A stretch of DNA of 64,000 nt from Monocercomonoides exilis PA203. Lineage: Eukaryota; Protista; Preaxostyla. The stretch is taken from assembly GCA_001643675.2 (NCBI GenBank), contig LSRY02000014.1, positions 1,426,001 through 1,490,000 on the forward strand, read 5' to 3'. The position numbers and the translations under genes are program-made. Positions 1 through 12,768 of this stretch are shown piece after piece. Each line of letters opens with the position of its first letter. Position 1 is the first letter of the stretch. The notes under the pieces are model-generated. The model was not told the origin of the DNA and did not search any database. It saw nothing but the letters and a program-made list of their open reading frames with translations.

Positions 1-7
1 AAAATCT

Positions 8-1171
8 TTGGCTGTCGCTGCGAATGTGAAGAAATTTCTCTATTCACATGTGAATAATATAATTTATGATGTCCGCCTTTTCATGTATAAATTGCTGAAG
101 AAATGTGAGGCCAGAATTAATGAAAGCACGTTTGTTGTCTCTTCAAGTACGACATCCTCATCAGAGTCTGTTCAAATATCGAATGGGGATGCTTCTTCTT
201 CTGCTTCTGCTTCTTCTGCTTCTTCTGCTTCTGTTTCTACTTCTGTTTCATGTTGTCCTTTAAAAGGTTCGTTTCACGAGCAGCTGCCTTTTCTTCGAAG
301 GCTGTCGAGTGCGCAAATAATTGTTTATGTTATGAAGCTTATCACTTGCATGTTGCTGATCCATAAGACGCATGAGAAGCAATACGATCCGCAGGGAAGA
401 AATATTGCGTGGTTGACGGCTCTTGCGCAGATGCAGATGTTCTTTCGAAAGAAAATAACAGAAATCATAAGAAAAAGCAAGGCAAAATCTCAGGCAGCTC
501 TAAAGGAAGTGGAGGAAGAAGGCATTTTCTGCGGAGAGTTTGAACCAACTTTGGCGTGTTTTGGATATAATCATAACGCAACAGCCATTCATTTATTGAG
601 TCACGAAGTTGGAATTACAGTAAATTCGTCAAATTTGTTGTTATTTTTGCGTGGGAAAGATATTAAATATGAGTCTGAGTCAAAAACAGTGGATCCTGAA
701 GCAGAGAGGATTGAGACAGAAATGTTGACTGAAATGAATGCTGACATAATTAACTGTACCAAAATGAAAGGTGCTATTGAAACTCGCAAGAATGAGCCTC
801 GTTCTGTGTTAGAAGTTGCTATTGATTATACTGCTGAGATGGCTTCTGAAGTATTCAACGAGTCGCAAGCACTCGATGGTTTCGATATCATATTCAATAT
901 TTGCAGTGCTATTTATCCGGAGAAACACAAAACGTCCATAAACAACGAAAGCCGAAAAAAGTCATCTATTTCTGAGGTTGAAAGCAAGCAGTTGAAAGAT
1001 TCGCCTTTCTTCATTGAAGAAGTTAGTGCACAACGGATAATACGCGAAGAGTGTGAAGAGAATGGAATTAGCGATCTGTTTCTCCTTTTGGCTCATCTTC
1101 CGTCTAAAAATACTTCTCTTTTAGAATCACGTGCATATTTCTATTTCTCTTCAATTGGTTTGGTGCTGTGA
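8..1171 (+). CDS. Hypothetical protein, probably the 3' exon of a gene starting upstream of the window
   Basis: Open frame of 387 codons running from the window edge to TGA at 1169-1171. It is GC-richer than the following 3' region and has a Ser/Ala low-complexity patch. No domain recognised. Confidence 0.7.
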   Translation: MAVAANVKKFLYSHVNNIIYDVRLFMYKLLKKCEARINESTFVVSSSTTSSSESVQISNGDASSSASASSASSASVSTSVSCCPLKGSFHEQLPFLRRLSSAQIIVYVMKLITCMLLIHKTHEKQYDPQGRNIAWLTALAQMQMFFRKKITEIIRKSKAKSQAALKEVEEEGIFCGEFEPTLACFGYNHNATAIHLLSHEVGITVNSSNLLLFLRGKDIKYESESKTVDPEAERIETEMLTEMNADIINCTKMKGAIETRKNEPRSVLEVAIDYTAEMASEVFNESQALDGFDIIFNICSAIYPEKHKTSINNESRKKSSISEVESKQLKDSPFFIEEVSAQRIIREECEENGISDLFLLLAHLPSKNTSLLESRAYFYFSSIGLVL

Positions 1172-1881
1172 TGCGATAGCATAGCGCTTTTATGGTATCT
1201 TATCAAGCACCTTTTTATCATTGTTTTACGTTTTCGTTTTTCTTTACTTAGATTTGCTTATCTTTACAAATATTTATTAATATGTGAAATAGATTTCCTT
1301 CGAAGTTATACTTCGTGTTGAATTCTATTGTTTCAGTTATTTTAAATTTTTATTTGTAGAAATAAATTTTATTCTTTGGTTTAAGACTTTCTTCAAAGGA
1401 TAAAAAGTGAAATAAACATAATGCTTGCTTACACATTTTTTTTTCAAATTTTTTAACAACTGTTTTTTTCGTTTAAGTTTCAGTTTAAGTTGTGATTTTT
1501 CAAATTTCGATTTGGGAAATTTTGATAAATACATCAATATTTGGCATGTTATTTAGATTTTTCTGTTCTAATTTCAAGTTTTGTTTTATGTGCTTTGAAG
1601 ACAAATTAAGATAGATTTGCAAATATGTTTGAATCGGGAACAACGTTAACATCTTGTTGAATTGTGAATTAACTTCCATATGTGACATTTCAATGAACAC
1701 ATAAAGAATAAAAAATATTCCAATTTTTCAAAAAAAAAAGTTTGTAATTTTCAGAATTTAACTTACCAAATAAAAGCTCGCAAGATTCCTTAAAAGACAA
1801 AAAAAAAAAAAAAAATAACAAATAAATATGATTGTAAAAAACAGATTAACAGAAAATACGAAATATTGCTTTTGAATTTTT

Positions 1882-4651
1882 TCATTTAACTCTTCTTCTA
1901 GAAGCTTGTGCAAATTGTTGAAGGCGAGGCTACAATTTTTAAGAAAAGTAACAATAATTCTTAATTTAACAAACAAGCGAAAAATAAATAAAAATTACAA
2001 ACTGTTCTGTTTATGCTAATATCACCCAAAGGCGAGTTCTGCATCATTTTTATATAGCCCGTGCTGTTCAGAGTCAGAAGGCCAGCAAACGCATACGCAA
2101 GAGTCCGTCTCCGCTGTGTAACAATAACCTCAGACATCTTCATCGAATTTGACGGATCAAGAGGATCATCACTTCCTTCTCTTTTAGCTTTCGCTTCCTT
2201 TTCCTTTCCTTTCTTTTTGTCGTCTTTGACTTCTTCAGATTCCTTTTCTTCTTCTCTCTTTTCAAACTTATCATTAATAAAATGCATTAGTCCCAAAGTC
2301 TTTTCGTCGAACTGCTGGACAGATGGTTCTGGCTGCCTTTCAAAACGATTCTGATGCTGCTGTTCTGCCAATGGAAGAGTATAACTCATCGACGGATTTG
2401 GCCTATCAGCAGGGTTCTCAAGAGGGGGTGACAATATGTCAAACAGAGGTGATAGAATCCCATCTTCATGTTCTGCAATTGACTTTTGCTGTTCAACAGC
2501 ATTGTCAAAATGAGAGCCTCTGATTCCACCAAATGCAGCTGATTGATCCATCTCCTCTCTTCGTTTGCTTGATGCTGTTAATCTTCTGCCGGCGGGCGCT
2601 GATTGGCGCAATGGAAAATCTGCATCGTCGAAAGTTTGGAATGTAGCCATGTCAACATCATCTTCATCAGATATTCCCTTTGTGAGCCTTCCTCCAACTT
2701 CGCTTGCTGCTACATCTTCATTCATCAATTGTCTTCTGCGAGTAAATCCTGATGATAATGCAAAACCTGCGCTGCCGGGAACGTCAAACGGGGTTGCCTG
2801 AAGCTGATCCCCATCAGCAACTCCCTTAATACTTGGCGTTGTCATTCCAGATTGTGGTGTTGTTGTGTGGCTGAATACATTGCGATAATGCGTTCCATCT
2901 GCTGCTCCAGGGACAGCTGATGGAGTTGGAGGGAAAGAACGTATTTGCCCTAAAAAATAAATTGAGTTTGTTAAACGTTCATTAAGTATTTTTAAAGATA
3001 ATATTAAAAAATTTTTAAATGATGAATAAGCAAAAAATTTTGCGTACCAGGCTCAACTTCCTCTCTTGGAAATGCAGGATAAATTGGTTGCTTTATCCTC
3101 AGAAATGAATTTGGCAGAAAATCTGAAATTGAATCGGTCTTCAAACGAAGGCCAAGTGGTTCTTCAAACACAGATTTTGAAGTTGTCTCTTCATCAAAAG
3201 TTGAAGTCCTGCTTTCAATATCCATTTTGATGTTGTCTGTTTTGTTGTCAACCCCTTCTCCTTTGTGACGTGTTGTTGGTGCAGTGTTCTGGTTATGTTC
3301 GCGAAAGATCTGATCAGGAATAATGATTTCATCGTCTCTCAAATTTGAATATTTTTCTTTTCTTGGCTTTTCTTTACCTCCTCCAACGTTTTGCGTCATC
3401 TGGCTTTCCGTTCCATCTGAAAATAATGCTGTTCCTGGCTCTCCGAATTCCTCTTCCATTCGCTCGTTTCTTCTTTCTTCATCTTCTTCGGCTATTTGGA
3501 ATCTGTCCAATGCAGAATCACTGTGTGTAAGTTGAGAAATCATTCGCCTCTTTTTCTTTGATGATTGAGCATCATCCATTTCAAAATCAGCAAACATTGT
3601 CATGTCTTGCTCACCTCCATCCAAATCTTCCATCCTTTTCAATGCTCTCTCTGCATCTGCTATTAGTCCAGCTCTGCCACTTGTTCTCCTGCGCTCGATT
3701 GTCCCATCAACTGCTTGTTCTGCAAATGGGGAGTTATCAGTGAAGATGTTCATTCCGGTTGTGGCAAGAGACGTCGGTGTACCTGCAGCATCGGTAAATC
3801 CAAGCATTGTCATCAAAGATGGATCAAGAAATGGTGTTTGAAGAAGCTTATATAAAAAATTAATTGCATCGTATCATTTGATGAAAAATTCAACAATTGT
3901 TTTTATTACAGTAAAAATTTTAAAGCAAATTACACACATTATTTTCTTGATTAATTCCTGAAATTAAAGAAGTTTCTTCTTGTTCTCTTGATGGCTTTTT
4001 TCTCATAACGGATTGGCTAGAAGCATTGGACGAATCTTGAAATGGAGATGTGAAAAATGCTGACTGTGTTGATGGTCCAAATTGAATCTGTCTTGTTAAA
4101 GGAACTGCATCATATGTCAAAGTCATATTTATCATATCCTCAAGACTTGTTTCTGGGAGTGTAATATGCGACCGAGATGCCACTGTAACATCTGATGGTA
4201 AATCAATGGTGGTCGATTGAAATGCCTATAAATAACATTCGAAATAAAAAAAGAAATAAATTGAACAATCATGATTAATGTGAAACAATAAATGAATAAT
4301 ATGAGTATTAACCATGTTTATTTTTGTTTGTAGTCCTCTAACATCATCAAATAAATATCGAACTTTTCGAGAAAATATTTTTACAAGTCCAAAATACAAA
4401 AATCCAGATATTCGCACAGAAATAGGAAGATGATCTTTATCATCAGCTTCAACGGGTATTCCACTTTCAATCATCTTGGCAGCTTCTGTGATATTTGTAC
4501 GTAAAACTCCATATCTATTTAAACTCTTTTCATATGTCGCAGCAAGCCAAATCTTTCCTAAAGGTCTGAAAGAATTTTTGTGAGTAAATTAATTGGTCAT
4601 AGCAAATGTAAAATACCCTTTTTTCGACAAGTATACAGTCCAAAACACCAT
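1882..4651 (-). CDS. RAD21: Cohesin alpha-kleisin subunit (Rad21/Scc1/Rec8 family), multi-exon
   Basis: Spliced N-terminus MVFWTVYLSKKG/PLGKIWLAATYEK...ISVRISGFLYFGLVKIFSRKVRYLFDD matches the Rad21_Rec8_N motif. The C-terminal RRTLAYAFAGLLTLNSTGYIKMMQNSPLGDISI matches the kleisin winged helix. The acidic middle region lies in ORFs 3004-3816 and 1961-2845. The last exon PRLQQFAQASRRRVK ends at TGA 1882-1884. Confidence 0.9.
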
Positions 4652-4926
4652 AAGTTCAAAAGTTACCTCAGAAAAAAATTTGAAATGATGAAAAGACTTT
4701 CAAATAATAAAATGGGATGCATTCTTAAAGTATGGTTAAATAATTGTGTTGTGAAGTGAATGTTCTAAAAATGAAAGTGAAAAACTTCAATGAATTTTAT
4801 TCAAAAGAATTCTTCCATTAGAAATAATGTAGATCAATTTATGAAAAAAAATCTCACTTTCTTTTAAATATTTCAATTGGAAGATTGTACTTGAAGAAGC
4901 AACTCAACACTGATAGAATTTGTGAA

Positions 4927-5843
4927 ATGGAGGGCAATGTCACAATGATGGATGAAACATCAAAGGTCAGATCTGTTGAACTGTGCGAAGAGATAACTCA
5001 TGCTTCTATTTTACTTCTTCTTCCAAATCCAGTTACATCCTCAACATTATTGTTTTTCCATCGTTATCATGAACGTAAATCTTTCTCCATTGATAATGCA
5101 AAAGTTTGTTTTTCAATAATTATTAAAATATCAAGAAATCCTCTAATTCATATATTGTTTTAATTTTTAGAAAATTGCTTCAGCTTCATTATTTTTATCT
5201 TGTAAAATTCATGAGAATGAGCGTCATCCATTAGATATCTTTAATGTATTATCTATTTTAAAATCCAGAAAATCAACAACAGAAAGAATAATAGCAACCC
5301 CATTTTCATCTGTTTGAACAAAATATGCTTCTATTATATTATAACTTACTATATTTTTAGGAATATATTTCGTTTAGAGACTCATTGCTTGAAGCTGAAG
5401 TTGAGCTAGTTCAAGTGCTTGGTTTTGATCTTCGAGCATTAACTCCTCATCATTTTGGAATTGGGATTCTAAAGCAGCTTTCGTTGATTGATAACAAGAA
5501 AATTGTCCAAACATCTTGGAATTTGTTTAATGATAGCATGAAAATTGATTTATGTAACAGATTTTCAATGTTATCCATAAGTATTTCATGTGTTGTGTTA
5601 GCAGCAAGATTTGAAAAAGTCAAGCTGCCTCAAAATTGGTGGAATGTTTTCGGAGAAGAAACGATTGGTCTGCTATATTTTTCACATATTTTTGTTTCAT
5701 TCTTTTGAAATATTTTGGCTTTTACAGTTATTCAAAACATTTGTCAAGAAATAATGAATTTATTACAAAAGCAACATCGTCTCAATGCTTTAACGGATAA
5801 AATTGATGAAGAAGTGTGTTTCCATGATATAAAATCAAGATAA
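4927..5843 (+). CDS. Transcriptional cyclin (cyclin L/K/T-like), about 4 exons
   Basis: Cyclin-box motifs LLLPNPVTSSTLLFFHRY, IASASLFLSCKIHENERH, LLEAEVELVQVLGFDL...PHHF, SWNLFNDS and KLPQNWWNVF. GT-AG introns restore the frame, and the gene ends at TAA 5841-5843. Confidence 0.85.
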
Positions 5844-6400
5844 ATCAAGAATTAATTTTTATGATTGATGAGCTGAAGCACAAAAGAATATTTTTATTTG
5901 TTTATTTTTTTTTTTTTCATAAACAGATAAAAGCAAAAATAAATTTTATTTAATGCATCATCATTCTGTTTGTATAAACATCTTTAGCCTCAAATTTGCT
6001 TTTGAAATTATTGTTATTTTGGTAATTATTCTTTCATTATTATTTTATGGGATCATATTCTTAAAAAGAAAACAAAAGGAAGAATCAATTAATCTTGTAT
6101 TTTGTTTGATAACAATTACTCATCCTCGAATGTTACGTTTTTGTTGTCAAAAAGAAAGAAAAAGAAGAAAAGAAGAAAGACGAAAAAAGTCTAAACAAGT
6201 TCTCAAATTTGAATTGATTCTGTCTTTCAGCTTTTGCAAAACAAATCAAAAAGAATGAAACAATTTGACAAGAACTTTTATAAAAGTATTAAAAATGAAA
6301 AAACGCTATTTTTGTTGCATTTTGATAAAATAATTAATTTTTAAAATTACATAGAAATTATTACAGTTCTTAAAAAAAAAAATGTTTCTCACTCTTTTGA

Positions 6401-6451
<51 letters not shown>

Positions 6452-6608
6452 GAGAAACTTGAAAGTGTTTTTAATAAGAAGAATATCATCCAAAGAGCGT
6501 TGTGATAATTAATGCTATCAAAATAAAAATTTATGAAAATTACTTATTTTTTTGTCCTTTTTCAAAAAAGAATGATTTTCAATAAATAAATATTTTTTTA
6601 ATTTTATT

Positions 6609-6850
6609 TGTTTTAATTTTTTTGAAAAGTTCCTTTTGTCTAATTTTCAAATAAAATAAAAATTTCATTTTTCAAAAAAATTTCTGTTCCCACTCACCAA
6701 ATTTTGCTAACAAGAAAATAAATTCTTGACATGGGTGTTATTTTTATTTTTGTGAAGCTTCATGAGAGAGAACAGAAATTTGACCGAAATGTGAAATTTT
6801 TATTCTATTTGAAAATTAAACAAAAAGAACTTTTCAAAAAAATTAAAACA
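6609..6850. mobile_element. 242-bp foldback/MITE-like element, family A copy 1
   Basis: Long imperfect terminal inverted repeats (TGTTTTAATTTTTTTGAAAAGTTCCTTTTGTCTAATTTTCAAATA... versus ...TATTTGAAAATTAAACAAAAAGAACTTTTCAAAAAAATTAAAACA). Same length as, and alignable with, the copies at 7461 and 63062. Confidence 0.75.
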
Positions 6851-7119
6851 TTTTAATATTTTTTTGTATTTTATTCTACTGTTTGAAAAAAAAATGAGAA
6901 ATATTCACAATAACATGAAAAAAATTATAACGAACTTCTTCAATCGGTGAATCTTTTTTTAAATGAATATTTTTTCGGAAAATACCGATTTAGAAAAATC
7001 AAAAATATTCTTCATTCTGTTCCTGAAAGTGAATGGTTGTTTCTTTCAAAACTTTTTCTGATTTCATGTGTTGATTCATTTGATTGAAACACATTTTTTG
7101 AAATTTATTTTGTTCCATA

Positions 7120-7372
7120 AAGGGTTTTTTTTTATAAAAGTCACAAACTGTTTCTATGTGTGAGAGAGAAATAGAACTTTATTTGAACGTTTTTTGTTAT
7201 GAATCAATTAAATGTCTCCGCAATACACATGTTCTCGAATGAAATATGTTTGTGCATTCCAATTCACATAATGAAAAGTTTGATGGATTTATAACCAAAA
7301 ATTATCAAATCAGGTTAAGTTTAATTAAACACAGGTATTCAACATTTGAGACTTTTCAAAAAGGACAACTCG
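7120..7372. mobile_element. Degenerate family A MITE-like copy
   Basis: Ends TTTATAAAAGTCACAAA and AACATTTGAGACTTTTCAAAAAG resemble the family A TIRs at similar spacing. The interior is diverged. Confidence 0.4.
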
Positions 7373-7460
7373 CAAGTTTATATAAATATATTTTGTGAAA
7401 ATGTTATCTTTATCCAGAAAAAGAAAATGACCTCGCTAAGATAAATTCCAAATATGAATA

Positions 7461-7702
7461 TGGATTATTTATTTTAAAAAGTCGCAAATGTTTAATTTTA
7501 GAATAAATCTAAATTTTCATATTTAGCTCAAATTTCTGTTTCTACTCACGAATCTTCTTAAGAATATATGAAATAGCATTATCAAGAAATAGATTCAATT
7601 TCAGAGAAGTTTGGTGAATGTTAATAAAATTTTGATCAAAATATGAAATTTTTGATTTATTTGATAATTAAACATTTGCGACTTTTCAAAAAGAATTACC
7701 CA
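7461..7702. mobile_element. 242-bp foldback/MITE-like element, family A copy 2
   Basis: TIRs TTTTAAAAAGTCGCAAATGTTTAATT and AATTAAACATTTGCGACTTTTCAAAAAGAATTACCCA. The central AAATAGCATTATCAA is shared with the 63062 copy. Confidence 0.8.
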
Positions 7703-8089
7703 AATTTTCTTTGTAAAAAAATGATTGAGAACAATTACAAATTGAATTTTGAAAATTTATTGATTGAAAAGTGTATATAACATATTAATCCCTCATTTCA
7801 AGTATAACAATAACTAAAGACAAAATATCAACGCTCGATAATTTTTGTTGAAAAGAATTGAATGTTAGTGAACTTTTTTGGATCTAATATTTTTCACTGA
7901 TAAACTTTATTTGGAGATGTTTCGAAATTTTGATGAATTTTCGCTTTTTGTTAATTTTTTTGTGCCAAAATGAATCTCTGATTACATCACTTTTTTTGTC
8001 CCAATTCACTTTATTCAATTAGAGCGGGGATAAATTCTCTATTATATCATCGATTAATTAACATTTATGTTTTTGATAGATAGTTTGTG

Positions 8090-8466
8090 CAGATATCGCA
8101 TAAAATACCGGACATCGCACAAAAAACCGGACAAGATCGAATTCACAATAACTGTAAGAGGAATAATTCTGATAATTTTCCTCAAATTACATCTCATCAA
8201 TGCAAACTCAATTGATACACAAAACTTTCAAAATAGCTTCATTTGTGCTCAGAAAAAATGATATTCGAATTCTCGGAGAAATAGGATTTTGAATTTCTCC
8301 GAGATTTAAAAAATATTTTATTCTGAGCACAAATGAAGCTATTCATTAAGCCTCGTTTATCAAATGAGTTTGTACTGATGAGATGTAATTTGAGGAAAAT
8401 TATCAGAATTATTCCTCTTACAGTTATTGTGAATTCGATCTTGTCCGGTATTTTATGCGATATCTG
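8090..8466. repeat. Long near-perfect palindrome (foldback element, arms of about 175-190 bp, ~10-nt loop)
   Basis: The left arm ...CCGGACAAGATCGAATTCACAATAACTGTAAGAGGAATAATTCTGATAATTTTCCTCAAATTACATCTCATCA... is reverse-complemented at about 8376-8449. The inner stem is TCTCGGAGAAAT/ATTTCTCCGAGA at 8271-8304. Confidence 0.9.
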
Positions 8467-9143
8467 TATTTTGGTAATATTTTATCATTATCGTATGAGA
8501 ATATAATTGTCTCCTACAAAATAAAAATAAAATAAATAAAAATTAAAATGTATATCTTTTTCAAATAAGGATTTCGCATATTTTTTGCAAAGTATAATTC
8601 CATAGTTTCTTATTTCTTTTCTTTTTTTATTCCTTTTATGATATTTCGTTAACTGGAACAAAAATTTGATCAAGGTTTGAGATAAGAATTTGAACATAAA
8701 AATTTGTTTAACTGTGCACTATCTTGATAAAATAGTCATATGAAAAAAGACATCAACGTCATTCGAAAATTGACATTATTTCTTTGATATGTATTGATTT
8801 ATAATCTTGCTCAGTTCGTTTTTGATGAAAATTTTTTGTTGGATAATATTGAATTCTTTAAATGTTGCATAACCTAAAAATACTATGATTTGGAATTATT
8901 CAATTGCGTATTCAAAAATTTTTAGAAATTATTTTTTATTTATTTGAAAAGAAATAATAAAAAATTTATTGAGCAAGTCTTTTCTTGTAACCATTTTTTC
9001 CCCTTTTCTAATTTCCGTTTAATGCAAATCGAAAATGAAAGGAAAATTCATTCACCAATTGTATCATTAACCCTTTACGAAAACCAAAAAATAATCAATT
9101 ATACGAAGAACATTTTCAGAAAAAAGCAAATGAGTTAATAATT

Positions 9144-10558
9144 TCAAGGTGGATAAGAAATTTCTTCATCTTCTTGAAAATCAGAAGCAATTGCTTTATT
9201 TTCTATTATTCTTTTTTCTTTATCTGCAGCCTTCAAACTGTCGCTTACGAAAGACGAAAACATTGGAATGGCGTGATATTCCGCAGAACATACAGAACAT
9301 TTATCCACTTGAGTACAAAACACTACACAGTGCATATTTAAATGAGATATAAGTTTGTTTAAAAAAAAAAGAAAATTGGATAAAAGATAATATAAAAATC
9401 TTTTTCAAATAAGCAAAATAAGCAAACCGCTGAAGCAGCGAGAACATAAAAAGCCAATGCTTGTCTGTTTGTGATGACAGACACAAACGGAGAGAGAAAG
9501 TGCTGATGAAGGAGCAGAGTCTATTGTTGATGAAATGGGAATTCGAAGCGGGAGGTGACATGGATCTGTTGAAGGCGTGGTTGGAGAATAACTCGAATAA
9601 AATGGAAGAAAATTGAGCTTCGATGAATCAAAGCAATAATTCCAAGGGAGAAATATATTAATAAAATGAAAAAATACAACAAAATCTATGAAAAAAAGAT
9701 GAACACACAATAAGTTGTTGAAACATTTGAGGAGAAGTTTCTTCTGCCTGTGACTCTTCATCAGAAGTCAAGCCATTTTGAAGAGGAATAAATACGCCTG
9801 ATGAAAGTGATGAACATAATTGCAGAAGAAGTTGAGTTGATGAAAGATGAGAAAGCTCTTTCATAACAGAATGATCGTTAGAATCTTCTGTCGAACTTTT
9901 ATCGTTCATGCAACTCATGCAATCTATTGCAATTCCCATTCTTTTTGCAGAAAATGCAACATTCATAACTGCAGAGTTACTATCTGTGCAAAGCGGTGTT
10001 GCCCAGACAACCAATATTCTTGGATAAATTGTATTTTGCGGTTGTTCTTCTTTTCCTGAAGCTATTGGTTTAACATTTTCTGAACTTAGATCTCTTTTTG
10101 AATGAGGTTCATGAATTTTCTCCTTTTTATGAAGATCTTATGAAGAAATTAAAAATAATAAGTAAACGAAATAAAAAAATTTCTTTCCAAACAGCACATC
10201 GCAGTTGACAATCCTTGCGAAACAGAAAAAAATGCTTTCGGCTGCTTTTTAGACTCCTTCATTTCATACTCAACAAGTTGGAGCAATTGCTTCCTAATTG
10301 TTGGTATATCAGAGATCACACATTTCTTTTGTGTCGTAATTGGAATAAACGTTGAGCTCCTTGGGGAGCATGCAAGTATGCAAATAGATCCTTCACTCAT
10401 TATAAGATAAGATGATATAAAAGTAATTAAATGCTCGAAAGCTTGAAGAAATGGAATTTTTGGAGCAATGTCTTTTGTATCCTTGTTTCCATATGCTCCC
10501 CAAATAATTGGGTTAATGTCAATTACCAACATCATAAACGGATTTTTTTGGGAGACAT
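9144..10558 (-). CDS. TFB4: TFIIH subunit Tfb4/p34 (GTF2H3), multi-exon
   Basis: vWA-type start MLVIDINPIIWG, then VSQGLSTAMC, AVMNVAFSAKRMGIAIDC and LLLQLCSSLSSGVF. The C-terminal zinc finger CVCHHKQTSIGFLCSRCFS...CSVC is typical of Tfb4. Confidence 0.85.
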
Positions 10559-10713
10559 TTTTTTGTTGCATAAAAACAAAAAACAGAAAATACAAAAAAA
10601 CTTTTCTTAACAATAATAATAAAGTAAAGGGATTTATTGAACAAATTTAATTCTGGTCTAACGATTTGTGATCAGTCCATTTTTTGTTTTCGTGCTTTTG
10701 ATATTTAAAAGCA

Positions 10714-12347
10714 ATGCAAAGCGATAAAGCTTTACAAACACCTTCAAAAAGTTTATCTCATGCACAGACACCACTTCGACAAAGTCAAACCGTGTATACA
10801 AACGAAGGACGAGTTAAACATCTCAAAGAAATACTTTCACAACCTTTGATAGATCTTGGTTTTTAAAAGAAATTTAATAACAAATTGCAAAATTAAAACT
10901 TCTATGTAATTTTAACTTTTATAGATGCTTTAGCAGATTTTGCAGATGATGGAGTTCATCCGCCTCTTAGGCCTTCCGTCTGGCAGCTGCTTTTGGTTTT
11001 TATATTATTTCTTTAAATTACATTGATTTCTTATATAATTTTATAATTGGATATCAAAATTATTTAGGGTTATTTACCTCCTCTGCAATCAAAACAAGCA
11101 TCAACACTTAATATGAAACGAGCAAAATATTGGGAAAACGTTGATGCGCACATGACACAATATGGCGTTACAGATATTTGGGCGCAGCGAGCAGGTAAAA
11201 CTGAAGGAGGTAAAAGAACAGGTCCAAATACAGCAGTTGCAAGCGGTGATATGTCAATGGTGGATGATGGAATGAAACGGCTAACCGAGTATAACAGGCA
11301 AATATTAAGACAAATCAGAATTGATATTCCTCGTACCCATTGCGATCCAGCACTTCTTTCCCAATGCGAATTTCAAATCATGCTTGAGAGGATATTATTT
11401 GTTTGGTCAATTCGTCATCCGGCTGCAGGATACGTTCAAGGAATAAATGATCTTTTAGTGCCTCTTCTTGCTGTATTTCTTCGGTCTTATTTTGGAGTGG
11501 ATGATGTGAAGTGTTATGTGCTAAGTGAGCTATCAGAGTCTTCGCTTCGGGATGTGGAAGCTGATGCTTATTGGTGCTACACTCGTTTTCTGGATCCAGT
11601 TCAAGACAATTACACCTTCGCTCAAAAGGGAGTGCAAATGCAGGTGAAGTCAATGGAGGCGATTGTCAACCACGAGATGCCCAGCCTGACGCGCCACCTC
11701 CAAAAAATAGGGATTGAATTTCTGCAGTTTTCGTTTCGTTGGATGAACTGCCTGCTGGTCAGAGAGTTTCCTCCAATGTTGTATTCACGTCTGTTGGACT
11801 CGTATTTTTCACACGGCATTTCGTATCCGTCTTTTCATGTGTTTACGTGCGCCAAGCTGCTGATTAAGTACAGCCAGCAGCTTCTGGAGTCAGATTTCCA
11901 AGGATGCATGATGTTCCTACAGGTATGTTTCTTTGTAATATTTGATAGAGTGATCAATGATTTGTTCAAATATTTCTTTTCTTTTCTTTATTGATTATTA
12001 TTTATGTTTTCAATTAATTAATTTATTTTATTGTTATTAATTTTATTTTATTTGTATTAATACTTACTTATTTATTTTTTAAATAGAAACTGCCAACCGA
12101 CAAATGGCTGCCATCTGACATGGAGTTATTCCTTAGCGAAGTGTTCATTCTTTCCACAAAGTTGGGCGGAACAGTTGCGCCGCCTTTCGCTCCACCGCCG
12201 TCGATTGGTCCTTCCACATCTCATTCATCAACATCAATATTCCTCGCTACAGCTGTTAAGAAACCTTCTTCATCTTCTCATCCTCGCTCTTCCACTTCTA
12301 CTTCCACTCCTTCCTCACTTTCTACTTCCACAACACATTCCGGTTAA
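10714..12347 (+). CDS. TBC-domain Rab GTPase-activating protein (Gyp1/TBC1D22 type), about 4 exons
   Basis: LRPSVWQLLL/GYLP, Arg finger QIRIDIPRT, Gln finger RHPAAGYVQGINDL, EADAYWC, DNYTFAQKG, LQFSFRWMNCLLVREF and FQGCMMFLQ/KLPTDKW. Confidence 0.95.
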
Positions 12348-12768
12348 AGACAGATGTTATATTCATATCATCAGCTTTAAGATTTATTATTTTTTAGTCA
12401 AATGTTCGTGTTTGTTTTTTTATAAAACAAATGAGTTTTTTTTTTTTGATAATTTTTTTGTTAAATAATCCAGAATTTTCCATTTGATTTCAAAATTTAA
12501 TAATCTCCACTACAAGAATTTCATTCATGATATTGAAAGTGACTTATCAGGATGGAAATTATAAAGTTTTAAAAGAATATCGAAAGATTAATAAAAGATG
12601 GTCATTCTTTTTGTTGCTTGAAAATTCAAACAAATGGATGTATTAAATATGGAAGAAAGTTGAAATTATTTCTTGTTCCAGTTTTTTGTAATAATATTAA
12701 TAAATGAACTCTTATTTTTTGAAGTGTTTCTATAAAAAATTGCAGTTCAAAACGTGACCATAATTATT

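Noticed and set aside
6609-8466. CRISPR-like or tRNA/rRNA interpretation of the repeats
   Set aside because: There are no regularly spaced direct repeats with unique spacers, and I recognised no cloverleaf or rRNA motifs anywhere in the window.
5953-9138. Short ORFs in the AT-rich interval, and similar ones at 49-51 kb, 54.8-56.9 kb and 63 kb
   Set aside because: They are F/I/K/N-biased translations of AT-rich or MITE sequence with no domain or splice support.
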